Position numbers and translations under genes: made by a program
Notes under the pieces: generated by a model
Told to the model about the DNA's origin: nothing
Database searches by the model: none
The model's input: the letters and a program-made list of their open reading frames with translations, nothing else
Shown here: positions 29,150-38,999 of the stretch, piece after piece
How positions within the stretch are numbered: position 1 is the first letter of the stretch
How the letters are laid out: each line of letters begins with the position of its first letter
DNA from: Spirochaetia bacterium
GTDB taxonomy: Bacteria; Spirochaetota; Spirochaetia; CADAEX01
Direction: 5' to 3'
Length of the DNA: 64,000 nt
Assembly: GCA_963662265.2 (NCBI GenBank)
Contig: CAXXHA010000001.1
Span: forward strand, 247,672-311,671

Positions 29150-30490
29150 TTATGGAATTATCTTTATACCCGCAGTAAGATAAAAACCGTCAGGGTCAAT
29201 GTCTGGCGTATCGCCGACCGCATCATGCCTTGTCCTGTCTTCCCCTTCGCCTGTGAAATATGACCAGTCCATCAGCTGAACCGGGTAAAAAAAGTAATCA
29301 GCTGCGCAGAAAACTGCAATCTTTTCATTCAGATAGGAAGTAGCTATTGCTCCAATGGAAAACTGGAGTTCAAGGCTTGAAATCCTGTGATCCTCATCAT
29401 CCCTCACGCCGTAGAGAAAAGTTACACCGCCCCCTCCCCTTATGCCGAAATCAAAAACATCGCCAAGAAGAGGTTTATAGACAGCAAATATATTTGTCCT
29501 CAGGAAATCCGCTTCAGGATCAGTAACTGTAAAAAGAATATCAAATCCCCCGGAAAACGGGCTGAAAGTGTTGAATTCCACAGAAAAATCAAGTGCTGTT
29601 ATCCTGTCTTCAAAATCCCTTGAGACTGCGGCAGAAATTGCTGTCTCCGGGAATTTATTGATCCGCTCTTCAAGCAGATATCCCGGTTCAATCGAAGCAA
29701 AACCTTTGAGTATTCTTGCAACAGAGGAATCGGGAGAGGTTTTTTCGACAAGGACAAGCCCTTTTCTGTTGAAATCACCAATAGATGCCATTACATCGAA
29801 TTTCATCCCTTTTTTCACACCTATATTTTCACCGCCTGACAACAGGATATATTTTCCCCTCACTTCAGAGACTTTCAGAAGAAGAGGGTAAAATTCCTTG
29901 AGGCTGGAATAAAGCCTGCTCCTGAGAGTTCTGAATGCCTCTGCCTCTGCAGAAGCAGAACTCCCCGCACTGCCATCACCTGAAACAGTTATTGTCTTCA
30001 TTGTGCGGGCAGTATTAATCTCAAACTGCCTTACTGTTATATCGATTACTGAATCATATACTGTCTCATACCTGACCTGAACAGAGTCATCTGTTTCAAC
30101 CTCTATCTTTTTCTCAGACTGGGTCGTATTGAATGAAACAAGGTCAACAAGCATTCCGATATCTGATGAAAGAACTATCCCCAGTTCAATCACAGCTTCA
30201 TCATCTGTAAGCCCGTAGAGCTTGAGTTTCAGCTCCTCCATCTTCTGCTCGGTTGTTCTTCTGTCAATGACTTCAAAGCGTCCGAGACGTTCCATCTGCT
30301 CAATAGTCATATTGAGAATCCCTGTCAGATTACCCGAAGGGCGCAGGGTATCCGACGACTGAATAGATCCGGACACAGATGAATCTGCCCCCGGAAGAAC
30401 AACAACCCGCATCTTCTCATATGTAACATCCTGAGCATAGAGGGCGGAAAAACCGGCTGCCGCCAGGATAATAAGCATTAATTTCTTCAT
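29150..30490 (-). CDS. Exported protein with CsgG/TolB-N-like domain and probable C-terminal beta-barrel
   Basis: Signal peptide from ATG 30490 (GGAG RBS), RFEVIDR...MEELKL...AVIELG motif and amphipathic beta-strand C-terminus. Confidence 0.6.
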   Translation of the reverse strand: MKKLMLIILAAAGFSALYAQDVTYEKMRVVVLPGADSSVSGSIQSSDTLRPSGNLTGILNMTIEQMERLGRFEVIDRRTTEQKMEELKLKLYGLTDDEAVIELGIVLSSDIGMLVDLVSFNTTQSEKKIEVETDDSVQVRYETVYDSVIDITVRQFEINTARTMKTITVSGDGSAGSSASAEAEAFRTLRSRLYSSLKEFYPLLLKVSEVRGKYILLSGGENIGVKKGMKFDVMASIGDFNRKGLVLVEKTSPDSSVARILKGFASIEPGYLLEERINKFPETAISAAVSRDFEDRITALDFSVEFNTFSPFSGGFDILFTVTDPEADFLRTNIFAVYKPLLGDVFDFGIRGGGGVTFLYGVRDDEDHRISSLELQFSIGAIATSYLNEKIAVFCAADYFFYPVQLMDWSYFTGEGEDRTRHDAVGDTPDIDPDGFYLTAGIKIIP

Positions 30491-30620
30491 AATTTCTCCA
30501 GTATATAACATACTATAATCAAATTATTATTCCAGTATCATTAAAAATGCAATTAAATATTAAATATTTCAGTACAGTTCTCTTGACAACAATTACCTGC
30601 CGGGTATAGCATGTTGCTGT

Positions 30621-30758
30621 ATTTTTCGGGGCAAGGTGAGCTCATCTTAATGAAGAGCAATTCCTGACCGGCGGTTAAAGCCCGCGACTCTTCCTTACGG
30701 AAGATTGAATCGGTGAAATTCCGATGCCGACGGTACAGTCCGGATGGGAGAAGAAAAA
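30621..30758 (+). ncRNA. FMN riboswitch (RFN element)
   Basis: TTCGGGGCAAGGTGA...AATTCCTGACCGGCGGTTAAAGCCCGCGA...GGTGAAATTCCGATGCCGACGGTACAGTCCGGATGGGAGAAGA upstream of the rib operon; TTGACA at 30583. Confidence 0.97.
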
Positions 30759-30784
30759 TATTTGTCTTTCCATGAATTAATTAC

Positions 30785-30823
30785 GCCCTGAGCAGAATTT
30801 CTGTCTGTTCAGGGCTTTTTTTT
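30785..30823 (+). terminator. Riboswitch expression-platform terminator
   Basis: GCCCTGAGCAGA...TCTGTTCAGGGC followed by T8. Confidence 0.9.
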
Positions 30824-30870
30824 ATGGATCCCGTCGTATATGTCCCGTCTTGTTTATAACAGGAGGGAAA

Positions 30871-31989
30871 ATGAATCATGAATACTATATGAAAAAAGCC
30901 CTTTCCCTGGCATCAAAGGGAAAAGGAAAAACATCGCCCAATCCCATGGTCGGAGCTGTCCTTGTAAGGGACGGGGAAATAATAGGAAAAGGGTATCACA
31001 GAAAGCACGGTTCGCTGCATGCGGAAATTGAAGCTATCAATAATGTTTACAGGAATCATCCGGATACTGACTTATCAGATAATGTCATTCTCTATGCAAC
31101 ACTGGAACCATGCTGCCACAGAGGTAACGGGAAAATTAATCCCCCGTGCTGTGAAAGAATAATTGATGAGAAAATAGGGAAAGTTGTGATTGCATCTGTC
31201 GATCCCAATCCTGCTGTTTCGGGAAAAGGGATTAAAATGCTGGAAGATGCAGGGACAGCAGTAATATCAGGAATCCTGTCAGATGAGGAGAAAAGGCTGA
31301 ACAGGGTCTACCATCACTGCGCAGAAACATCCTCCCCGTTCATCCACCTGAAAATGGCGCAGACTCTGGACAGCTTCATTGCAAGAGTGGATGGAAGTTC
31401 TAAATGGATATCAAACAGGGAATCAAGAAAAACTGTTCATAAAATGAGGGCAGAGTATGATTCTGTCCTTGTGGGCCTGAACACAGTTGTTGCGGACAAC
31501 CCGGAGCTTACTGTAAGGCATGTTAAAGGGAGACAGCCTTTGCGGCTTGTACTCGACACATCGCTGAAGATTCCGGAGGCAAGCAGGCTGCTCAATGACA
31601 ACTATACAGGCCTTACACATATTTTCTACAGCCCCGAAACAGCTTCAGAAGAAAACATAAAAAAACATACCGGTAAAAAATATTCAATCCATCCTGTAAT
31701 GAGAAACAGTTACGGTAAGCTGTCACTGCCTGATGTGATGGGGAAAATCACCGACATGGGAATAAGATCTGTTCTTGCAGAGGGGGGGAGTTTACTTGCC
31801 TCGGAACTTGTATCGGAAAGATTTGTTTCAAGGATTTCGCTGTTTATTTCGCCGCAGCTTTTCATAAACGGGATTCCATCTTTCCGCTTTCAGGATACGG
31901 AAACTCAGGCACCGTTTATTCTTGAAGAGGTGGAGATAAATAAAATCGGAGACAATGTTCATATATCAGGAAGACCGGAATTCGGTTAA
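30871..31989 (+). CDS. ribD: Bifunctional riboflavin deaminase/reductase RibD
   Basis: PNPMVG, HAE, TLEPC..PPC and EGG motifs. ATG 30871 after AGGAGG. Confidence 0.96.
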   Translation: MNHEYYMKKALSLASKGKGKTSPNPMVGAVLVRDGEIIGKGYHRKHGSLHAEIEAINNVYRNHPDTDLSDNVILYATLEPCCHRGNGKINPPCCERIIDEKIGKVVIASVDPNPAVSGKGIKMLEDAGTAVISGILSDEEKRLNRVYHHCAETSSPFIHLKMAQTLDSFIARVDGSSKWISNRESRKTVHKMRAEYDSVLVGLNTVVADNPELTVRHVKGRQPLRLVLDTSLKIPEASRLLNDNYTGLTHIFYSPETASEENIKKHTGKKYSIHPVMRNSYGKLSLPDVMGKITDMGIRSVLAEGGSLLASELVSERFVSRISLFISPQLFINGIPSFRFQDTETQAPFILEEVEINKIGDNVHISGRPEFG

Positions 31990-32002
31990 GGAGAAATAAA
32001 AT

Positions 32003-32650
32003 ATGTTTACAGGTTTGGCTGAAACAAGGGGAATAATAAAAAAAATATCAAAAGGCTCGGGGAAATATGATATCTGGATTGAATCTGCACGGCTTGCCCC
32101 GGATCTGAAACCGGGAGATTCTGTTGCTGTTGACGGAGTCTGCCAGACAGTTGTCACAGCAGGGGAAAAAGAATTTATGGTGCAGGCGGTTGAGGAAACT
32201 CTCAAGAAAACAACTTTCAGCAGCTTCTCAGGCAGCAGGGAGGTAAACCTTGAGAAATCACTCACCCTGAGCAGCCCTCTGGGAGGCCATCTTGTCCAGG
32301 GGCATGTGACAGGAACCGGAGTGATTGAAGAGATTGCAGGGGAAACAGACAGCAGATATATGAGGATATCTGCAGTAGAGGAGATACTCAAGTACTGCGT
32401 AAATGAGGGGTCTGTCTGTGTAGACGGGATCAGCCTGACTATTGCAGATACAGACGACAGATCTTTTCTGCTGAATATTATTCCGGAGACCTGGGAGAGA
32501 ACAACTTTCAGCAGCAAAAAAGTAAAGGAAAAAGTAAATATTGAAACAGACATCATAGGCCGCTATGTTGTCGCATTTCTTGAAAAAACATCCGGATACG
32601 GAAATAAAAACAGTCTGAAAATTTCAGATTTGAATAAATGGGGGTACTGA
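32003..32650 (+). CDS. ribE: Riboflavin synthase
   Basis: MFTG N-terminus, [13 protein letters not shown] and GGHLVQGHV motifs. Confidence 0.96.
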   Translation: MFTGLAETRGIIKKISKGSGKYDIWIESARLAPDLKPGDSVAVDGVCQTVVTAGEKEFMVQAVEETLKKTTFSSFSGSREVNLEKSLTLSSPLGGHLVQGHVTGTGVIEEIAGETDSRYMRISAVEEILKYCVNEGSVCVDGISLTIADTDDRSFLLNIIPETWERTTFSSKKVKEKVNIETDIIGRYVVAFLEKTSGYGNKNSLKISDLNKWGY

Positions 32651-32651
32651 A

Positions 32652-33278
32652 ATGAATACAATGGTAAGGGAAAGCGTTTTTACAGATATAAGTAAAGCTG
32701 TTGAAATAATCAGAAAAGGCGGAATGGTTATCATGATAGATGATGACAGCAGGGAAAATGAGGGCGACATAGTCCAGGCTGCTGAATATGCGACAAAAGA
32801 GTCTGTCAATTTTATGGCTTCGTTCGCTAAAGGGCTGATATGTGCCCCTATGAGCAGAGAAAAAGCGGAAAAACTTAGCCTCCCGCTGATGGTGGAGGAC
32901 AATACATGCATCCATTCAACAGCTTTTACAGTATCTGTCGATGCAAAAGAGGGTACAACAACAGGAATTTCCGCGGGAGAAAGGGCGGAAACACTGAGGC
33001 AGCTTGCTGATGATTCAAGCAGAGGTGATGATTTCAGAAGACCTGGCCATATTTTCCCTCTCATTGCAGCTGAAAAAGGGGTTCTTGAAAGAAGGGGGCA
33101 TACAGAAGGCTCTGTTGATCTTGTAAAGCTTGCAGGGCTCAAGCCGGTATCAGTCATATGCGAGGTAATGAAGGATGACGGGGAAATGGCAAGAGTGGGA
33201 GATCTTGAAATTTTCGCTGAAAAACACGGATTGAAAATTGTCACAATCGAAGATCTTGCATCATTCAGAAGAGGGTAA
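32652..33278 (+). CDS. ribB: 3,4-dihydroxy-2-butanone-4-phosphate synthase
   Basis: [27 protein letters not shown] and RRGHTE motifs. Confidence 0.96.
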   Translation: MNTMVRESVFTDISKAVEIIRKGGMVIMIDDDSRENEGDIVQAAEYATKESVNFMASFAKGLICAPMSREKAEKLSLPLMVEDNTCIHSTAFTVSVDAKEGTTTGISAGERAETLRQLADDSSRGDDFRRPGHIFPLIAAEKGVLERRGHTEGSVDLVKLAGLKPVSVICEVMKDDGEMARVGDLEIFAEKHGLKIVTIEDLASFRRG

Positions 33279-33284
33279 ATAAAT

Positions 33285-33893
33285 ATGAAAGAAAAAATAA
33301 ATAAAATAAATTTTACACCTACAACAGGGATAAATCTTCCGACTGATTACGGTGATTTTGAAATGATTGCATTTGAAAACCCGGAAAGCACTGGTGAACC
33401 CCCGTTTGCGCTGATCAGCGGGCCTCTTTCTCCTGACAGGGAAGCAACAGTAAGGGTTCATTCAGAATGCCTTACAGGCGATATTTTTCGTTCAAAGAGA
33501 TGCGACTGCGGAAACCAGCTGGAAAAATCACTCTCAATTATTTCAAGAGAGGGGGGCGCACTCATATACCTGAGACAGGAAGGCAGGGGAATAGGACTCA
33601 CAGAAAAACTGAAAACCTACCACCTTCAGGAAAACGGAGCTGATACAGTCGAGGCAAATGTAATGTTGGGACATGAGCCTGATTTAAGAGATTACAGCGA
33701 GGCTGCAGCAATTTTAAGGCTTCTGAACATAAAAAAGATCAAACTTCTCACAAACAATCCTGACAAGGTGAATGCGCTTGCAGATGCAGGCTTTGATGTA
33801 AGAAGAGAGAATATTTTTACAGAAGTTCACAAACACAACAGAAGATATCTTTCTGTAAAGAAAGAGAAAATGGGACATCTGCTTGCTGTCTGA
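33285..33893 (+). CDS. ribA: GTP cyclohydrolase II
   Basis: RVHSECLTGD, RCDCG, QEGRGIG and LLTNNPDK motifs. Confidence 0.96.
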   Translation: MKEKINKINFTPTTGINLPTDYGDFEMIAFENPESTGEPPFALISGPLSPDREATVRVHSECLTGDIFRSKRCDCGNQLEKSLSIISREGGALIYLRQEGRGIGLTEKLKTYHLQENGADTVEANVMLGHEPDLRDYSEAAAILRLLNIKKIKLLTNNPDKVNALADAGFDVRRENIFTEVHKHNRRYLSVKKEKMGHLLAV

Positions 33894-34011
33894 GAGAAAA
33901 CAGATTTCACAAGAAGCAGTTTAAACAGCTGCCGGGAACTCTGCTTGGGGATAAGTTAAAGCGGGGTTTTTATAAAGGGCAGCGAATAAATATTTATAAG
34001 GAAAAGATCAA

Positions 34012-34485
34012 ATGAAAGAATATAATGCACAGCTTACTTCGGAAGGTAAAAAATTTGCTGTAATAACAGCAAGATTCAACGAACTTATTTCAGAAAAACT
34101 TACAGAAGGGGCAAAAGACTGCCTGATAAGGCATGGATGCACATCAGATGACATAGAACTGATAAGAGTTCCCGGCGCTTTTGAAATTCCACTTGCAGCA
34201 AAGGCTGCAGTGAAAAAAAACAGGTATGATGCTGTTATCTGCCTGGGGGCAGTAATACGGGGTGCTACAACACACCATGAGTATGTTGCCTCTGAAGCGG
34301 CAAAGGGGATAGCCCAGGTTTCCCTCTCCGAGGATGTTCCTATAACATTCGGAATACTGACAACTGAGACGCTTGAACAGGCTATTGAACGGGCAGGAAC
34401 AAAGGCGGGAAACAAGGGATGGGATGCCGCGCTCTCTGCCATAGAAATGGCAAACCTTATGGAAATGCTTAATACTGGAAATTAA
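34012..34485 (+). CDS. ribH: 6,7-dimethyl-8-ribityllumazine synthase
   Basis: [29 protein letters not shown] and GNKG motifs. Confidence 0.96.
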   Translation: MKEYNAQLTSEGKKFAVITARFNELISEKLTEGAKDCLIRHGCTSDDIELIRVPGAFEIPLAAKAAVKKNRYDAVICLGAVIRGATTHHEYVASEAAKGIAQVSLSEDVPITFGILTTETLEQAIERAGTKAGNKGWDAALSAIEMANLMEMLNTGN

Positions 34486-34591
34486 AAACAGGTATAAACA
34501 GATTTCTGCGACCAGAATAGAATTAAGATACCCGGCCGGCTGTTCAGCTATGAATTTAATCATGTAAGCCTGAGCAGCAATTATCAGAATC

Positions 34592-34638
34592 AGGCTGCAA
34601 AGACCCGGTATTGTATCAGTGACTTGCAGCCTTTATTT
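34592..34638 (+). terminator. Probable terminator after the rib operon
   Basis: AGGCTGCAA...TTGCAGCCT followed by TTATTT. Confidence 0.5.
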
Positions 34639-34706
34639 CGAATATGCATGTCATAAAATAAATCGCAATACTCAGAAAACAGCTTAATACTTTAAATCAA
34701 TATACC

Positions 34707-34727
34707 CTCTTCACATTCTCTTCACAT
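34707..34727 (+). promoter_or_regulatory. 11-bp-period direct repeat CTCTTCACAT x2 (possible OmpR/PhoB-family binding site)
   Basis: Exact copies at 34707-34716 and 34718-34727, about 50 bp upstream of the 34776 ATG. Confidence 0.5.
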
Positions 34728-34775
34728 ACAGGGTTTAGATTCTCTTTGTAAACAAAATTACAAGGAGAAACATAA

Positions 34776-35285
34776 ATGAAAAAAACAATTATTATTTCAG
34801 TAATACTGCTTTCTGCAGCTGCACTTACTTTCGGACAGAGTAACTATGGACGACAGGGCGGTAATTTCAGGGGGATGAACAATGCACCGGCTCAAGGCAG
34901 GGGAGCAGTTGTTGAAATAGTTGAACTCAAAGGCAGGATAACTTTAAATGAAAATACATTCCCGTCAATACAGTCCGGCAAAGAGGATTTCACACTTATA
35001 ATCGGTCCTGCTTCAGTTGAATCACTAAAGCTTAAAAGCGGTGATACAGTTTCAGTTGAAGGCTTCAAAGTTCCTGGACCTGACTGGGCAGTTGACGGAA
35101 AATCAGCCCTGAAGGTGAGAGAAATAACTGTCAACGGAAAAACCTACAGAGTTGCTGGAGGCAGAGGAATGGCTGACAGAGGCCCGGGTATGAACAATTT
35201 CCGCAACAATCAGTGTTATGAAAATTACGGATCAAACAGGAATTTCGCACCGGGTTATGCCCCTTCAACAAAAGGAAGAAGATAG
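34776..35285 (+). CDS. Small exported protein with OB-fold-like core and Gly/Asn/Arg-rich tails
   Basis: Signal peptide, LKSGDTVSVEGF motif, AAGGAG RBS. Confidence 0.7.
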   Translation: MKKTIIISVILLSAAALTFGQSNYGRQGGNFRGMNNAPAQGRGAVVEIVELKGRITLNENTFPSIQSGKEDFTLIIGPASVESLKLKSGDTVSVEGFKVPGPDWAVDGKSALKVREITVNGKTYRVAGGRGMADRGPGMNNFRNNQCYENYGSNRNFAPGYAPSTKGRR

Positions 35286-35344
35286 GGTTTACAAGCAAAT
35301 CTCTGATAAACTTTTCAATACCTGATACAGAACAGGATTTATAC

Positions 35345-35377
35345 AAAAGCTGTCTGAAATTATTTCAGACGGCTTTT
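35345..35377. terminator. Bidirectional terminator
   Basis: AAAAGCTGTCTGAAAT-t-ATTTCAGACGGCTTTT between convergent genes. Confidence 0.8.
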
Positions 35378-35441
35378 AATATTTGGCAGCTGTATTATCT
35401 GCAGTGTTTTTACAAAGGGTCTGAAAGCAAAAAAGTAAATA

Positions 35442-36662
35442 TCAGTCAGGATACTTGTTTCTGACAGCATTTAGAAGATCAACTATTTCAAAGAAAACAT
35501 CGACAAGCTCAGGATCAAATTTACTCCCTGAGAGTTTTCCTATCTCTTCAAGAACATCATTCTCATTCCACGCATCCTTATATGCACGCTTTGAGTTCAA
35601 TGCATCAAATACATCGGCAATTGCAACGATTCTCCCGAATATACTTATTTCATCCCCTTTTCGGGGAACTGCTTCTCCTGATTCTGCTGTTTTTAAAGGC
35701 ATTCCTGTCTCAACATCAACATAGCCGGGATATCCGGTACCGTTCCAGTTTTCATGATGAGTCAGCGCAACATCAGCAGATATCTCGTCAAGCAGAGAAT
35801 GTTTGTTCTTGAAAAGACCCGCCCCGATATATGTATGACTCTTCATTACAGAATATTCATCATCTGTAAATCGTGCAGGTTTCTTGAGAATTGTATCAGA
35901 AATCGCAATCTTTCCCACATCGTGAAGCATAGCCGCTATCCTGAAAACGTCCCTTGTTTTTTCAATTTCATCTTCAGAATAACCTTTTTTTCTGGCCCAG
36001 CTCTCATATATTTCCACAGAATATGAAGCTACCCTGTTTACATGGGCCCCTGTCTCCTTGGGATCCCGGAGCTCCGCCATCTTTATCATCCTGAGGACCA
36101 GTGACCTTGTCATCTGTGCACGCTGAAGAACAATACTTGCAGAACTTGCAAAGTGGTTGATATAAAGCTCATCCTCATCTGAAAATTTTGTAATCTCCCC
36201 ATCAGGTGTAACTGCATTTATCATCTGGAGAACGCCGAGTACTTCTCCTGTTAAGTCTTTGAGCGGAAATGTGAGCATTGAATGTGTTTCATAACCAGAT
36301 TTTTTATCAAATGTGGAATCAAAATGATATGGATGGTCATCCCCTATAGTATATACATCATCAATACATAGAGTTTCCCCGGTAAAAGCCACATAACCGG
36401 CAATAGACTGCCTGTTTACCGGAACTTTAAATGAATTATATATGAGTTTTTTACCGTAGGGGAGTTTTTTCTGTTTCGTGTCGTTCTGGGCATGGGCAAA
36501 AACCAGGAAATCACCCTCTTTAAGGTAAATTGTGCCTGCATCCGCACTCACGAATTTCCGGGCTTCAAGCAGTATTCTTTCAAGAAGGATATCCACATCC
36601 TGTACAGTGTTGAGTTCTGTTCCAAGCTGAAGAACTTTTTTCAGTTTTTCATTTCCATCCAT
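35442..36662 (-). CDS. GAF + HD-GYP phosphodiesterase
   Basis: GAF N-terminus, ETGAHVNRV, LHDVGK, HHENWNGTGYP and IADVFDAL..KRAYK motifs. Confidence 0.92.
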   Translation of the reverse strand: MDGNEKLKKVLQLGTELNTVQDVDILLERILLEARKFVSADAGTIYLKEGDFLVFAHAQNDTKQKKLPYGKKLIYNSFKVPVNRQSIAGYVAFTGETLCIDDVYTIGDDHPYHFDSTFDKKSGYETHSMLTFPLKDLTGEVLGVLQMINAVTPDGEITKFSDEDELYINHFASSASIVLQRAQMTRSLVLRMIKMAELRDPKETGAHVNRVASYSVEIYESWARKKGYSEDEIEKTRDVFRIAAMLHDVGKIAISDTILKKPARFTDDEYSVMKSHTYIGAGLFKNKHSLLDEISADVALTHHENWNGTGYPGYVDVETGMPLKTAESGEAVPRKGDEISIFGRIVAIADVFDALNSKRAYKDAWNENDVLEEIGKLSGSKFDPELVDVFFEIVDLLNAVRNKYPD

Positions 36663-36812
36663 AATTTGCTGAGCCTTTATTTATTATTGCGTCAGAAAGT
36701 ATAATGTGTCAAATCTCTTTTTGATATTTCGGTTTTATAAAATTAAAGTATTTAAAGAATATTCAAATACTTTATTGACAATTGACCGCCACTCTATAAT
36801 AATCGAAATAGG

Positions 36813-37322
36813 ATGTTTAAAAATAAAGAGACTATTGTCAAATATTTAAGAGAAAATACTGTTTTACGTTCAATAGAAGCCCCGGAAATCGGGAAATTCA
36901 TTGATACAGGCGGAATCAATTTCTATAACGAAAATGATCATATACTGACAGAAGATGATGCAGGAAATACAATCTACTTCATTATCAATGGTAATGTAGA
37001 TGTTATAAAAAGTGAAGAGGCAAAGGAAGTCTATATCTGCACACTAGGTACAGGTGAGTTTTTCGGAGAAGCCGGGCTGTTCACGACAATGAAGAGATCA
37101 GCAACAGTGAGAGCTTCTTCAGATACATCAATCCTGAAAATAGACAGGGGGAATTTTGTATCTTTTATAAAAGCAAATCCCTCTTCCGGTATTAAAATAC
37201 TGATGCTGATTATTTACAGCCTTCTCAAAAAGCTTAAAACTGTGAACGCTGAACTTGCTTTTGAGAGAAAACTTGATATCGGTCAGGATGATATAGATGC
37301 TCTCATCAATTCCCTGCTGTAA
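36813..37322 (+). CDS. Cyclic-nucleotide-binding domain protein (no HTH evident)
   Basis: GEFFGEAGL...RSATVRA phosphate-binding cassette. Confidence 0.85.
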   Translation: MFKNKETIVKYLRENTVLRSIEAPEIGKFIDTGGINFYNENDHILTEDDAGNTIYFIINGNVDVIKSEEAKEVYICTLGTGEFFGEAGLFTTMKRSATVRASSDTSILKIDRGNFVSFIKANPSSGIKILMLIIYSLLKKLKTVNAELAFERKLDIGQDDIDALINSLL

Positions 37323-37380
37323 ACAGAAAATACATTAAATCAACCCTTTCTCCGCAATACAGGAGAAGCTTGCCAATAAA

Positions 37381-37419
37381 AAAGGCTGATTCATCATGAT
37401 TAATATGAATCAGCCTTTT
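37381..37419. terminator. Bidirectional terminator
   Basis: AAAGGCTGATTCAT...ATGAATCAGCCTTTT between convergent genes. Confidence 0.8.
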
Positions 37420-37436
37420 AAAATTCCGCATGATAG

Positions 37437-38999
37437 CTATTGTATATAATGGCAGCCTGTAGAACGTTTATTACGTATTGCAGCGCCTACAATCAGCGAT
37501 GAACAGACTGACGCGTTTCTGAGTTCAATAATACCTGTATTCAGCTTTGCCTGCTGATAAAATTTAATAATCCTGTGTGAATAGTAATTAAGGTCAGCTT
37601 TTGCCCTCTCAAGCCCTTTTCGGGTCCTTATAATCCCTGCATAGTTCCACATTGTCAGCTGTATTGCCTTCATATCCTGATCAACGAGCAGCGGATCAAA
37701 AACCTGGTTTCTCTGTGGATCTTTCCAGTCGGGAATACGCCCTACCCGGCTGATATCAACTTCCTTATTATCACGGATTATTGAATCAGCGGCTCTCTTG
37801 CCCCATAAAAGGCCTTCGAGAAGAGAAGTGGATGCAAGCCTGTTTGAACCGTGAAGCCCTGTACAGCTTACCTCCCCCACAGCATAGAGATTCTGAAGGG
37901 AAGCCTTCCCGTCAATTCCAACCTTAATACCGCCGCAGAAATAATGTGCTGCAGGTACTATCGGAATCATCTCCCTGGAGATATCGACTCCCCCCTTATT
38001 ACAGGTCTGGTAAATCTTTGAAAACCGCTTCTGAATCGGAGGCTTACCGTCATAATAATTAAAAAGATCAAGAAACATATATTCCTGGCCAGTTTTAGCC
38101 ATTCTGTCGAAGATAGCACGGGCAACAACATCCCTGGGCGCAAGATCCTTGAGAGGGGAGTAATCTTTCATAAACTCATACCCGTCATGATCCTTAAGCC
38201 TGGCACCTTCACCTCTCAAAGCTTCTGAAATAAGAAACCGTTTTACATCTTTGTTGAAAAAGGATGTCGGGTGGAACTGCACAAACTCAGCATTAATAAT
38301 GTCGGCACCTGCCTTATATGCCATGCTGAGTCCGTCACCGGTGGCTGAATCAGGATTTGTCGTATACTGGTAAATATTCCCTAGTCCCCCTGTCGCAAGA
38401 ACAACAGAACCTGAGAAGAAAGTATCAACCTCGCCAGTCTGGTTATTGAGAGCATAAATACCCATGACTTCCCTGGGCTTATACATTTCCTGTGTATCAT
38501 TTGAATGATGGTTGTTTGTTATTATATCTACAGCAGTATAGTTGCAGGCAATCTTGATACCCAGCTTCTCTGCATATTTAATAAGCTCAAGTTCAATCTT
38601 GTCGCCTGTATGATCCTCATAATGGACAATACGCCTCACCTGGTGGGCAGCCTCTTCAGTGTAATCTATTTCTCCAAGCTCATTTTTACTGAATTCAATT
38701 CCTGCTTCATTAATCAGAAAATCAAAAACAAGCTGGGGCCCCTCCTTTGCAAAGACCTCAACTGCTTCCATCCTGTTATACTCATTGCCTGCAAGCAGTA
38801 CATCTTCTTTCAGCATCTCAGGAGTATCTGTTTCCCTTGAAGCTATAATACCACCCTGGGCATAATATGTATTTGATTCCTCAGGTCTTGCTGTTTTAGT
38901 CAAAACAGCAACATTCAGTCCAGCCTTCTTTAAATATATTGCAGATGTCAGACCGGCTATCCCGGATCCGACAATTATCGCCTCGTAATAATATCTCAT
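37437..38999 (-). CDS. nadB: L-aspartate oxidase
   Basis: GSGIAG, YAQGGI, QFHPT, LISEALRGEG, LAPRDVVAR, HYFCGG and GLHGSNRLASTSLLEG motifs. Confidence 0.96.
   Translation of the reverse strand: MRYYYEAIIVGSGIAGLTSAIYLKKAGLNVAVLTKTARPEESNTYYAQGGIIASRETDTPEMLKEDVLLAGNEYNRMEAVEVFAKEGPQLVFDFLINEAGIEFSKNELGEIDYTEEAAHQVRRIVHYEDHTGDKIELELIKYAEKLGIKIACNYTAVDIITNNHHSNDTQEMYKPREVMGIYALNNQTGEVDTFFSGSVVLATGGLGNIYQYTTNPDSATGDGLSMAYKAGADIINAEFVQFHPTSFFNKDVKRFLISEALRGEGARLKDHDGYEFMKDYSPLKDLAPRDVVARAIFDRMAKTGQEYMFLDLFNYYDGKPPIQKRFSKIYQTCNKGGVDISREMIPIVPAAHYFCGGIKVGIDGKASLQNLYAVGEVSCTGLHGSNRLASTSLLEGLLWGKRAADSIIRDNKEVDISRVGRIPDWKDPQRNQVFDPLLVDQDMKAIQLTMWNYAGIIRTRKGLERAKADLNYYSHRIIKFYQQAKLNTGIIELRNASVCSSLIVGAAIRNKRSTGCHYIQ

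Noticed and set aside
33894-34011. 118-bp gap between ribA and ribH with short GC-rich stems
   Set aside because: No clear terminator, promoter, repeat match or known motif.
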